In this document: piece by piece, positions 1 to 7,948 of the stretch
Position numbering within the stretch: position 1 is the first letter of the stretch
Layout: every line of letters starts with the position of its first letter
Source of the DNA: Desulfobulbus propionicus DSM 2032
Lineage (GTDB): Bacteria; Desulfobacterota; Desulfobulbia; Desulfobulbales; Desulfobulbaceae
Direction: 5' to 3'
Length of the DNA: 32,000 nucleotides
Assembly: GCF_000186885.1 (NCBI RefSeq)
Contig: NC_014972.1
Location: 2,520,001 to 2,552,000 of the forward strand
Position numbers and translations under genes: made by a program
Notes under the pieces: generated by a model
What the model saw: the letters and a program-made list of their open reading frames with translations, nothing else
Database searches by the model: none
Told to the model about the DNA's origin: nothing

Positions 1-295
1 GTTTGGCAATGGGCTTGAAGGCCTCGAAGCCGAACACATGGCCAATGGACGAAACCAGACACAGCCCTGTCGAGGTCACGACAAAAAAGACGTAAGCGCC
101 CAGCATCAGCCCCCATGGGACTTCGCGGGTGACACCATACACATGTTCATGGCCGGCAAACATGGCGTGCACGCCAAAGGCGATTCCCACCAGGGTGAAC
201 AGACCCAACAGACCGATCACGCCGTTGTACACGCTGGACCGGCTCCCTTCAAGCCCCCCTTCCTGGGGCAGAACCTTGGTTAATATATTTTCCAT
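1..295 (-). CDS. NrfD/PsrC/DsrP-like integral membrane oxidoreductase subunit. Only the N-terminal 98 codons are in the window; the gene continues past the left edge.
   Basis: The ORF is absent from the ORF track because it runs off the edge. The reverse-strand ATG at 295..293 is preceded by AAAGGAGAAGG and an in-frame TAA. Translation: MENILTKVLPQEGGLEGSRSSVYNGVIGLLGLFTLVGIAFGVHAMFAGHEHVYGVTREVPWGLMLGAYVFFVVTSTGLCLVSSIGHVFGFEAFKPIAK. The hydrophobic helices and the 'REVPWG..x..YVFFVV.STGL' pattern resemble NrfD-family membrane subunits as I recall them. Confidence 0.6.
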   Translation of the reverse strand, partial: MENILTKVLPQEGGLEGSRSSVYNGVIGLLGLFTLVGIAFGVHAMFAGHEHVYGVTREVPWGLMLGAYVFFVVTSTGLCLVSSIGHVFGFEAFKPIAK

Positions 296-391
296 GGCAC
301 CTTCTCCTTTACGGAATCAACGACCCCAATCGTCGTTATTCCGGCTGATTAATAACCGTTGAATCAAACCACATCGGGACGAACAATTTGG

Positions 392-508
392 TCAGGGCAA
401 ATCGCTTTCTTCTCGCAAAGACTGAAGAACCGGCTTGATTCTCAGATCAAACAGCGTATGGAGAACAGCACCACCCAACCAGATAACGAAAAAAATAAGA
501 GCTTCCAT
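392..508 (-). CDS. Hypothetical 38-aa single-TM peptide upstream of the NrfD-like gene.
   Basis: AAGGAGA, then 5 nt, then ATG. Translation: MEALIFFVIWLGGAVLHTLFDLRIKPVLQSLREESDLP*. It is below the ORF-track length cut-off. Its A/T-ending codons differ from neighbouring genes, which lowers confidence. Confidence 0.3.
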   Translation of the reverse strand: MEALIFFVIWLGGAVLHTLFDLRIKPVLQSLREESDLP

Positions 509-669
509 TTGCTTCTCCTTGTTCCGGATCTCCGGACAGTTGTTGTGCACCAGGATTTATTGGCGGATAAACACCCGGTTGATTGTCTTTTGCGCGGCAC
601 CTCCTTGCGATGCGACCCGGCACCATTCTGCGGCTGCCGGATCTGGTCCTCGAATATTTCCTTGCTGCT

Positions 670-698
670 TTTTTATCCAGCGGCGAATACGCTGTCAA
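670..698 (-). promoter_or_regulatory. Candidate sigma-70 promoter for the minus-strand small-ORF/NrfD-like unit (TTGACA, 17 nt, TAAAAA).
   Basis: The reverse strand reads TTGACAgcgtattcgccgctggaTAAAAA, with -35 at 698..693 and -10 at 675..670. It sits at the edge of the AT-rich region. Confidence 0.3.
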
Positions 699-1057
699 GA
701 AAAACAACGGTCGATTGTTAAAAAATATGTAAATAAATAGATCAATATTCGCCCGATAAAAAGATTTCAACTTGCATGCGAAATAAATATTTTCGATATT
801 ATCCACCGCAATTATTTGTATATATTTATTTTTAGGCATTTTTATTCAATAATTAATCAAGACACCACTACCCTTTCCCCGAAATAGCAATCCAACTCGC
901 GGTTCTCATTATGCGTCTAAAAAATAACATTATGATCAAAATGCGCCCACACTGTTCACCCTCTCCGCAACCGCAGGTTCCCGGTATCCCTCAGAACCGG
1001 ACCAAAGGGGCAGAATATCGACCTGATAGAAAAGAACACCCGAGCAGCAGGTAATGC

Positions 1058-1086
1058 TTGACTATGGAACAAATACTGCAAATGAT
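1058..1086 (+). promoter_or_regulatory. Candidate sigma-70 promoter for ftsH (TTGACT, 17 nt, AATGAT).
   Basis: TTGACT lies at 1058-1063, followed by a 17-nt spacer and AATGAT at 1081-1086. This would give a leader of about 240 nt before the ftsH start. Confidence 0.3.
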
Positions 1087-1134
1087 ATTTTTAGCTACTC
1101 GCCTTCATCCAGATGACGAGCGAGCTTCCTTTTT

Positions 1135-1171
1135 CCCCTTCAAGGTGGCGGCCTTGGAGGGGATTTCTTTT
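1135..1171 (+). terminator. Terminator-like or attenuator hairpin inside the ftsH leader.
   Basis: CCCCTTCAAGG (1135-1145) pairs with CCTTGGAGGGG (1152-1162) as an 11-bp stem with one G-U pair and a 6-nt loop. ATTTCTTTT follows. The 3' arm can instead pair as GGAGGGGA (1156-1163) with TCCCCTCC (1171-1178). Confidence 0.35.
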
Positions 1172-1332
1172 CCCCTCCCCTTCCTCCGGCTTTACCTTTA
1201 CCGCGATTTATGGTAGCCCTGATCAGACATGCCGCTTGCTTGGGCGGCCGTGGCCTTGGGCCTCCCGCCCGCGCCATCGTCAACTTTGGGCGCATTTTTT
1301 CCATCGTCTTGTTCATTCCCCAGGAGCCTTGC

Positions 1333-3141
1333 GTGCAAAAATTCTACAAGAATCTTTCCATCTGGCTGATCATCGCTCTTTCCGCCCTGCTGCTGTTGCA
1401 TTACTGCAAGAAATCACCGGATCGCCACCATACCGTTGCCTATACCGAATTCCTGAAAAAGGCGGACAGCGGCGTACTCTCCACGGTCACCATGATCGAC
1501 CAAACCATACTTTGGGAAACCGCGGACGGTGAGCGTTTCAAAACGGTTGTGCCGCAAGCCCAGGCCACCGTTGACCACCTGCTGCGCAAAAACGTCACGA
1601 TCCGCGCTGAAATCCCGCCCCAGACCCCGTGGTTTGTGCAAACGCTCCTATCCTGGCTGCCCATTTTACTTTTTGCTGTTCTCTGGTTCTTTTATTTCCA
1701 AAAAGGAGGCAGCCAAGGGGGAAGTGGTTCCGGCAGGGCCATGGCATTTGGCAAAAGCAGGGCCCGCCTGATCAACCCAGAGGAATCGAAAGTCAAACTT
1801 GCCGACGTGGCTGGCATCGACGAAGCGAAGGAAGAAGTAGAGGAAATCGTTGATTTTTTAAAAAATCCCGGCAAATTCGTTGCAGCTGGCGCCCGAATTC
1901 CCACCGGCGTGCTCCTCTACGGAGAACCGGGAACCGGTAAAACCCTGCTGGCCAAGGCCATTGCCGGTGAAGCAGGCGTGCCTTTTTTCTCCATCAGCGG
2001 CTCTCACTTCGTCGAAATGTATGTTGGAATCGGCGCCTCCCGGGTGCGTGATCTGTTCAACGAAGGTAAGAAAAAAGCCCCATGCATCATCTTCATCGAC
2101 GAAATCGATGCGGTTGGCCGCCATCGTAGTGCCGGTACCGGTTCTGGAGGCAACGATGAACGGGAACAGACCCTCAACCAACTGCTGGTGGAGATGGACG
2201 GGTTTGAGGCCAACGACCACGTGATCGTCATCGCGGCCACCAACCGCCAGGACATTCTTGATCCGGCCCTGCTGCGACCGGGTCGTTTTGATCGTCAGGT
2301 CATGGTGCCATTGCCCGACGTGGGTGGGCGGGAGAAGATTCTCAAGGTCCATGCCCGCAACACCAAGATCGGACCAGATGTGGATTGGCAGGTGATCGCC
2401 AAGGGCACGCCCGGTTTTTCTGGCGCGCAATTGGCCAGCCTGGTCAACGAGGCCGCTCTGCTGATGACCAGAAAAAACAGCCAAACCATTACCATGGAAA
2501 TTCTGGAGGCGGCCAAGGACAAGGTATTGATGGGGGCGGAGCGGCGCAGCCTGATCATCACCGACAAGGAAAAACGGATCACCGCCTGCCACGAGGCCGG
2601 CCACGCCTTGGTGGCGTGGATGCTGCCCGGTGCCGACCCGGTGCACAAGGTGACGATCATCCCCCGCGGGCGAGCCCTGGGCCTGACCATGCAACTTCCC
2701 GCTGAAGAACGCTCTTCCCATGATCGCACTTTTTTGTTTCACAATCTCTGCACGCTGCTTGGCGGACGGATAGCCGAGGAAATCGTCTTCAACCAGATGA
2801 CCACCGGCGCCGGCAACGACATCGAACGGGTTTCGGACATCGCCCGGCGGATGGTTTGCGAATGGGGAATGAGCGAGTCGATCGGCCCGCTGACCTTCAG
2901 GGCGCCCAATCCCCTGGGTGGCCAACCGGCGCAAATCATCAGCGAACAGACGGCCATGCTGATCGATGCGGAAGTGAAAAAGCTGGTACAGTCAGCCTAT
3001 GACCACGCACACAGCCTTCTTACCCGGCACCGCGCCCTGCTGGATGCCATGACCAATGCCCTGCTGGAACGGGAAACGATCTCGGGCGCCGATATTCAGG
3101 CAATCATTGATCGAATGCCCCGTGACGCGGAAAGCAAATGA
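1333..3141 (+). CDS. ftsH: ATP-dependent zinc metalloprotease FtsH.
   Basis: N-terminal TM segment ([15 protein letters not shown]) and second TM. Walker A GEPGTGKT, Walker [33 protein letters not shown], zinc site HEAGHA. I chose GTG 1333, with CAGGAG 6 nt upstream. The ATG-1210 extension uses atypical codons and is unlike FtsH N-termini. Confidence 0.93.
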   Translation: MQKFYKNLSIWLIIALSALLLLHYCKKSPDRHHTVAYTEFLKKADSGVLSTVTMIDQTILWETADGERFKTVVPQAQATVDHLLRKNVTIRAEIPPQTPWFVQTLLSWLPILLFAVLWFFYFQKGGSQGGSGSGRAMAFGKSRARLINPEESKVKLADVAGIDEAKEEVEEIVDFLKNPGKFVAAGARIPTGVLLYGEPGTGKTLLAKAIAGEAGVPFFSISGSHFVEMYVGIGASRVRDLFNEGKKKAPCIIFIDEIDAVGRHRSAGTGSGGNDEREQTLNQLLVEMDGFEANDHVIVIAATNRQDILDPALLRPGRFDRQVMVPLPDVGGREKILKVHARNTKIGPDVDWQVIAKGTPGFSGAQLASLVNEAALLMTRKNSQTITMEILEAAKDKVLMGAERRSLIITDKEKRITACHEAGHALVAWMLPGADPVHKVTIIPRGRALGLTMQLPAEERSSHDRTFLFHNLCTLLGGRIAEEIVFNQMTTGAGNDIERVSDIARRMVCEWGMSESIGPLTFRAPNPLGGQPAQIISEQTAMLIDAEVKKLVQSAYDHAHSLLTRHRALLDAMTNALLERETISGADIQAIIDRMPRDAESK

Positions 3142-3159
3142 GGCCGACGAAACAGATGG

Positions 3160-3651
3160 TCAACGATGCCGCTGTTTCCATTTCCAGGGCGGCACGGGCC
3201 TCTCATCCCGCCAGACCCCCAGGCGCAGTTGGCGTGCGGACCGTTCCAGCTGTTCCAGTTCTTGACAAAACGGCTCGCTCTTGCAGTAGAAGGGGTGCAC
3301 CCACGCCATGCCGGTGCGCACCAACTCGGCATTGACCACAAGACCAGGCCGCTTCACCACCGCAACCGTTCGTCCGTACCTATCAACGTCCACGGGGACG
3401 ATGGATACCTCCTTTCCCGTCATCAAAACAGTGGCGCGACGCTTCGCCTCCGCCCAGCCCGCCTGCCCATGTTCGGGACAATCAATACCGAAAAGACGGA
3501 TGGTTTCAACCCTGCCGCGGGTTTTCACCCGAAGCGAATCGCCGTCAAGAACCCGGGTGACGGTTCCTTCCCAGGCGAAAACATCCAAGCCGCTCAGTTG
3601 CAGAACGATACATACGCCAACGAATACCCAGCCTGCTTTGCTCCAGCGCAT
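3160..3651 (-). CDS. Secreted staphylococcal-nuclease-like (SNase/thermonuclease family) nuclease.
   Basis: AAGGAGG lies 7 nt upstream of the ATG. Signal-like N-terminus MRWSKAGWVFVGVCIVLQL. SNase-like pattern: VLDGDSL...IRLFGIDCPE...GKEV...VDVDRYGRTVAVV...VNAELVRTGMAW. Confidence 0.8.
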   Translation of the reverse strand: MRWSKAGWVFVGVCIVLQLSGLDVFAWEGTVTRVLDGDSLRVKTRGRVETIRLFGIDCPEHGQAGWAEAKRRATVLMTGKEVSIVPVDVDRYGRTVAVVKRPGLVVNAELVRTGMAWVHPFYCKSEPFCQELEQLERSARQLRLGVWRDERPVPPWKWKQRHR

Positions 3652-3727
3652 CCTCTTGCCTCCTTTTTTGTCGATCGATCAGTAGGCTGTTTTTTGCCTT
3701 TTGTGTTCTTCTTGTCAAGGAAATGAC

Positions 3728-3743
3728 ACTTTGCATGCAAAGT
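3728..3743. promoter_or_regulatory. 16-bp perfect palindrome ACTTTGCATGCAAAGT, operator-like, in the divergent nuclease / cNMP-EBP intergenic region.
   Basis: I read it directly and checked it base by base. It lies 77 bp upstream of the nuclease ATG and 112 bp upstream of the cNMP-protein ATG. Confidence 0.3.
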
Positions 3744-3854
3744 CCCTTGTGTTCCCAGATTCACCTGTGGTAGTCTTTTTGACAATGGCCCGGAATTGAC
3801 GGCACAACCCGAGACTCTTCGCCAGCCACTCCAGCAAACCGTATCTGAATCGGA

Positions 3855-4367
3855 ATGAAAGAGACTGTCGCCCCCGAACAGCCCTTGACGGAAAATGAAG
3901 AAAAGACAAGGGATTTGATGCTGACCTTGCCCTTGTTTGATGCCTTTAAATCCGACGAGCTCGACATTCTTGCCCGCCACATGAATTTTGCGGAAATCAT
4001 GCGCGGCGAACACCTGTTTATTGAAGGTGACAAAGGGGATTTCATGTGCTTCGTCGTTCGGGGGCTGCTTGATGTCCTCAAAAAATCGAACATAGGTGAT
4101 TACCGCGTGATTGCCCGCCTCGGCAAGGGCAACACCATCGGCGAAATGTCGATCATCGACAAATCCCCCCGTTCGGCCACGGTGATTGCCCGGCAGCCTT
4201 CGGTTGTCATAATCTTGACCAAAAAGGGTTTCGACATTCTCACCGAACTCTACCCCGCCTTGGGTGTGACCCTTTTAAAAAAGATCATGCGCTTGCTGAG
4301 CCTCAACATGCGCCTCACCACCATCAAGCTGGCAGAAAACTTCCCGACGCAAGCGTATGACAGCTGA
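3855..4367 (+). CDS. Stand-alone cyclic-nucleotide-binding (CAP/PKA-type cNMP) domain protein with no DNA-binding domain.
   Basis: The pattern [19 protein letters not shown]...[22 protein letters not shown]...[24 protein letters not shown] shows an intact phosphate-binding cassette (G-E-x-S...R-S-A). The protein is 170 aa and ends after the C-helix. Confidence 0.85.
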   Translation: MKETVAPEQPLTENEEKTRDLMLTLPLFDAFKSDELDILARHMNFAEIMRGEHLFIEGDKGDFMCFVVRGLLDVLKKSNIGDYRVIARLGKGNTIGEMSIIDKSPRSATVIARQPSVVIILTKKGFDILTELYPALGVTLLKKIMRLLSLNMRLTTIKLAENFPTQAYDS

Positions 4368-5442
4368 TGGATTTTACGGCATAATTGGGCGAAGCGAATC
4401 CATGCGGCGGCTGTTCAGGCTGATCGGCAAACTCGCCGAAGATGACCTGAGCACCGTGCTGATCCAGGGAGAATCGGGAACCGGCAAGGAACTGGTGGCC
4501 AAGGCAATCCATGCCCACAGTCCACGGGCATCCCATCACTTTGTGCCGGTCAACTGCGCCGCCATCCCCGATGACCTGCTGGAGAGCGAGTTGTTCGGCT
4601 ATACCAAAGGGGCCTTTACCGGTGCCGCCGGCCCCAAGATCGGGCGGATTGAATACGCCAACAACGGTTCCCTGTTCCTTGACGAAATCGGTGACATGAA
4701 GCCTGCGTTGCAGGCAAAACTGCTCCGCGTCCTCCAGGAACGCGAATTTGAACCGGTGGGCGGGCTGAAACCCATCCCGGTGGACGTTCGAATCATCGCC
4801 GCCACCCACTGCAATCTCGAACAGATGGTGACCGAAGGCCGATTTCGCGAAGATCTCTTCTACCGTCTCAGCGTCATCCCGGTTTCCATTCCTCCGTTGC
4901 GTGAACGGACGGACGACATCCCCCTGTTGATTGAGCATTTCATCAACAGCATCGGCAAAAACAAAAAGAAACCTCTTCTGGGCTTTGATTCGGTCGCCAT
5001 GCAGGCCCTGTCGCAAGTTCCCTGGCGGGGCAACGTCAGGGAGCTGGAGAATTTGGTCCAGCACATGACCATCTTGCACGGCGGTTCCCGAGTCGGCTAT
5101 CATGACCTGCCGGAAAAATATCGCGTCGGCCCGCCGCCCATCCCGCTTTCTCCGGAAAAAGAACCGCTGCGGGAAGCAGACACCGTCAGCCGCTCGGAAC
5201 AGGCCCTACTGTGTTCCTCCACCACGTCGATTCCCCGTGAATCCTGGCCGGAAAAAGGGGTCGATTTCAATGCTCTGGTGAACGATTTCGAAACCCAGCT
5301 GATCGTCCAGGCCCTCAAGCTGACGCAGGGCAATAAAAAAGAGGCGGCGCGCCTACTTAACTTGAAAAGGACCACTTTGCTGGAAAAAATCAAAAAGAAA
5401 GAACTGGCTGGAACCTGGCTGGAGGAAGAAGAGGATGAATGA
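4357..5442 (+). CDS. Sigma-54-dependent transcriptional activator (bEBP) made only of an AAA+ domain and a Fis-type HTH, with no N-terminal sensory domain.
   Basis: It starts directly at the AAA+ core ([12 protein letters not shown]). Walker [15 protein letters not shown] loop (YTKGAFTGA), Walker [20 protein letters not shown]-terminal [25 protein letters not shown]. The ATG overlaps the upstream gene by 11 nt. Confidence 0.9.
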   Translation: MTADGFYGIIGRSESMRRLFRLIGKLAEDDLSTVLIQGESGTGKELVAKAIHAHSPRASHHFVPVNCAAIPDDLLESELFGYTKGAFTGAAGPKIGRIEYANNGSLFLDEIGDMKPALQAKLLRVLQEREFEPVGGLKPIPVDVRIIAATHCNLEQMVTEGRFREDLFYRLSVIPVSIPPLRERTDDIPLLIEHFINSIGKNKKKPLLGFDSVAMQALSQVPWRGNVRELENLVQHMTILHGGSRVGYHDLPEKYRVGPPPIPLSPEKEPLREADTVSRSEQALLCSSTTSIPRESWPEKGVDFNALVNDFETQLIVQALKLTQGNKKEAARLLNLKRTTLLEKIKKKELAGTWLEEEEDE

Positions 5443-5443
5443 G

Positions 5444-5464
5444 GCGGCCTAGGCCGCTTTTTTT
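5444..5464 (+). terminator. Candidate intrinsic terminator of the cNMP/EBP operon.
   Basis: Palindrome GCGGCCTAGGCCGC, giving a short GC stem, is followed by TTTTTTT (5458-5464). It overlaps the stop codon of the convergent minus-strand gene. Confidence 0.4.
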
Positions 5465-7296
5465 ACCAGATTGTTTTCGATTTTCTCCCGAATATCGCCG
5501 GGCGATGAAGGAGTAATCAAGATATCGCACGCCCCATATTTAACCGCTTTCAACACCAGCGTTCGTGTCCAGGCCGGACCCGCGGCCACCAGCGGCACCG
5601 GCAAGCCGGCGCTGCTTATTTTGATGGCCATGCCAAATCCCTGCTCGCTGACCTCCTGCATCACCAAAAATATCATTTGAATACGAGAGGTCAGCATCGT
5701 ATTGACCGGATCCTTGAAATGGAGGATGCGGCACGCGTATCCGGCCACTTCCAAGGCATTGGCAATGCGGCCGGCCTCGGGGTCATCGTCGGTGAAGATG
5801 AGAACATCGACACTTTCCGCTGTTTTTTCCCGAAGCGGAGCCGGTCCCGAAGGAGCGGCAGGGGCTTTTCCGGACGGAGCGGTTGCTGTTGCCGTGGTTG
5901 CGGTTTCACCGCCGGAAGGCGCTTCTTCCTCTCCGTGGGCCAGCAATCCTTCCAATTCCAGGACGCGGGCTGGGACAAGAAGCTGTAGCCGCCCCAAGTC
6001 GCGCTCATTATAGCGCATCTCGCCAAGGGAAAGGTAATAGGCCTGATTGGCAAAGACCTCATCCGCTTCGGGATCGATCTTGGCCGGCGACACCGGCTCA
6101 ACGGCTGTTTTGACAAACCCCAACTTGAGGCGGGACTGCTCCTCAAACACAGAGGTGAAAACGCCGGCTACGATATTGGTCACCTCACCGTAGGCGTCGC
6201 GGGCATCCTCGCTGAAATCCTCGTTGCGGACCGTTTCCTCCAGTTCGCTCTCTGGCAGCATGATCAGGCAACCGCCCAAATACACCGCTGTTTTAAGATC
6301 GACAAACAGATAAGCCTCTCCTTGCCCGCCGCCGCGCAGTTCCATCCGGGTCATGATCTGCTTGCCACCGGCCTGCTCGATGAACCCTTCCTTGGTCACA
6401 GCCAGATTCTCTGTCGGTGTTACCTCCAAAACACCGCCAAGCAAGGCGCTGACCTCACTGCCCATCTTGGTCATGCAGCTTTTGAGCAAACCATCGATGA
6501 GCTTCTTCTGTTTGCCTATATCGCGCTTGGGCTGACTCGGCGCGGCGTGCTCCCCTGCCGCCGCAGCCCTGTTCTCGGGCCGGTCGTCAGCACCAGCCTC
6601 AGCAGCGGCCGAGTCCGCCGCTTGGCGCTCAGGCGCCTCACCCGTTTCCGCCTGGACGCCAGTGACGGCCTGTTCAGCGATTTTTTCTTCCGCCGATTGT
6701 GGCGACAAGTGCTCCTTCGGCGCTTCAGCCACCAGCCCAAACGGTCCCGCAGGGAGGGCAAGATGCACGTTGCCCAGCTCATGGCTTCCGAGCTGCATGG
6801 GCGCGGTCATGAGATAATAGGGCACATCGACAATCGGTTGGTCGGATTCGACCTCCACCTTGAGCGGAACGACGACCTCCTGCTCTGTCCTGATCAGACG
6901 GACACTTTTGGGATACATCTCCTCAAAGGTGACCGTGGCGGCGCCGCAGATTATATTGGCGACCTCGCCGTAGGAATCCTGCAACTCTTCGGAGTATTGC
7001 TGCTCGGCAAGAACGCTGGCTAATTCCGATTCAGGCAGCATGATCAGCGTGCCGCCGATATAGATGGCATCCTTGACACTCACCAGCAGACAACCGCTTC
7101 CCTGAACATCTCCTTCCAGACGAACGCGGGCAAGCGCCTGCTTGCCGTCGACATCAGCAAACAATTCCTCCTTGCTGGTCACTCGGAACTCTGCTTCGCC
7201 GATCTTGAACGGCTTGCCGATCAAGGCGGCAACCTCATCCTGAATCCGATCACGGCAGGCAAGCAGAATTTTGTTGAAGCGTTCTCTAGATTTCAT
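5449..7296 (-). CDS. Tandem CheX/CheC-like (two modules) protein with a C-terminal pseudo-receiver domain.
   Basis: Two homologous modules of about 185 aa each carry D-x3-E-x2-N (DSYGEVAN, DAYGEVTN). Ala/Glu/Pro-rich linkers join them. The C-terminus is REC-like (VLIFTDDDPE...DILITP) and lacks the acceptor Asp. The start is uncertain (ATG 7296 or TTG 7302) and there is no clear SD. Confidence 0.8.
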   Translation of the reverse strand: MKSRERFNKILLACRDRIQDEVAALIGKPFKIGEAEFRVTSKEELFADVDGKQALARVRLEGDVQGSGCLLVSVKDAIYIGGTLIMLPESELASVLAEQQYSEELQDSYGEVANIICGAATVTFEEMYPKSVRLIRTEQEVVVPLKVEVESDQPIVDVPYYLMTAPMQLGSHELGNVHLALPAGPFGLVAEAPKEHLSPQSAEEKIAEQAVTGVQAETGEAPERQAADSAAAEAGADDRPENRAAAAGEHAAPSQPKRDIGKQKKLIDGLLKSCMTKMGSEVSALLGGVLEVTPTENLAVTKEGFIEQAGGKQIMTRMELRGGGQGEAYLFVDLKTAVYLGGCLIMLPESELEETVRNEDFSEDARDAYGEVTNIVAGVFTSVFEEQSRLKLGFVKTAVEPVSPAKIDPEADEVFANQAYYLSLGEMRYNERDLGRLQLLVPARVLELEGLLAHGEEEAPSGGETATTATATAPSGKAPAAPSGPAPLREKTAESVDVLIFTDDDPEAGRIANALEVAGYACRILHFKDPVNTMLTSRIQMIFLVMQEVSEQGFGMAIKISSAGLPVPLVAAGPAWTRTLVLKAVKYGACDILITPSSPGDIREKIENNLVKKAA

Positions 7297-7438
7297 CGTC
7301 AAAACAAAAAGATTGAAAAACAGTAACCTTTTCCGGCATCACACGACGCGATGATCGGTTTGGGCCAAACGGAAAACAGGTTCAAACAGGTCTTTGTTTC
7401 TTTCGGCGGCTGACACGGCAAAGTTTACCGGAACCGCC

Positions 7439-7912
7439 TCAGGCCAGGACAAATCGAAGTTCAACACCAAACCGACCGATTGGGCTGGAGAAAGGAATCA
7501 TTATCCTGGTTGCGCCGGTGAGACCGGTGGTTCGAATCGATTTCCCGATAACCGTGGTGGGGATGGCCAATTCGATTTTTCTGTCGTTGGCCGCCAGAGC
7601 CACCTTCAGTCCACCGGCAACCATGTTGGCGATCTCGCCGATGGCGTCTTTCACATCCTCGCCCAGTTCGGTCACCTCCATGCCAAGCATGGAGGTGGTG
7701 ATGCCCAACGCCACGTGCTCTGGACAATGAATGGCAAGAATCCCCTTCAGGTCGCCGGCCAGGCCGATCAGACTGGACAGATTGGGGTCAAGAACCGAAA
7801 CCGGCGCGTCCGTTGACGCTTCCGGTTCGATATCAATGAAAATCATGGAGGCAAAGACCTCCAGTGTCGCATCGATGAGGTATTTCTCTAGCTCCAAGAA
7901 AAAACGCTCCAT
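7439..7912 (-). CDS. cheX: CheX-type CheY-P phosphatase.
   Basis: 157 aa. Signature DAIGEIANMVAG with Pro 22 residues after the Asn (D/S-x3-E-x2-N-x22-P). It lies in an operon with cheY. Confidence 0.85.
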   Translation of the reverse strand: MERFFLELEKYLIDATLEVFASMIFIDIEPEASTDAPVSVLDPNLSSLIGLAGDLKGILAIHCPEHVALGITTSMLGMEVTELGEDVKDAIGEIANMVAGGLKVALAANDRKIELAIPTTVIGKSIRTTGLTGATRIMIPFSSPIGRFGVELRFVLA

Positions 7913-7948
7913 TGGGAAAAGGTTATGATCCGGACACGATGGAACGCA

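Noticed and set aside
731-760. Sigma-28-like promoter TAAA-N14-(G)CCCGATAA on the plus strand.
   Set aside because: The spacing and the -10 box both deviate from TAAA-N15-GCCGATAA. It lies in very AT-rich DNA where TAAA is frequent, and about 570 bp from the nearest plus-strand gene (ftsH, not a flagellar gene).
447-839. 130-aa minus-strand ORF spanning the AT-rich region, plus the plus-strand ORFs at 359-721 and 435-740.
   Set aside because: The translations are compositional artefacts (an AT-rich N-terminus followed by an Arg-rich tail). There is no SD and no motifs. They overlap the better-supported mini-ORF and promoter elements.
1210-1332. ATG-1210 N-terminal extension of ftsH (41 extra aa).
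   Set aside because: The extension (MVALIRHAACLGGRGLGPPARAIV...) uses atypical codons (GTA, AGA, CGT, CTT). It has no SD and is occupied by strong hairpins. FtsH homologues start right before the FYKNL... TM segment, where GTG 1333 has a CAGGAG SD.
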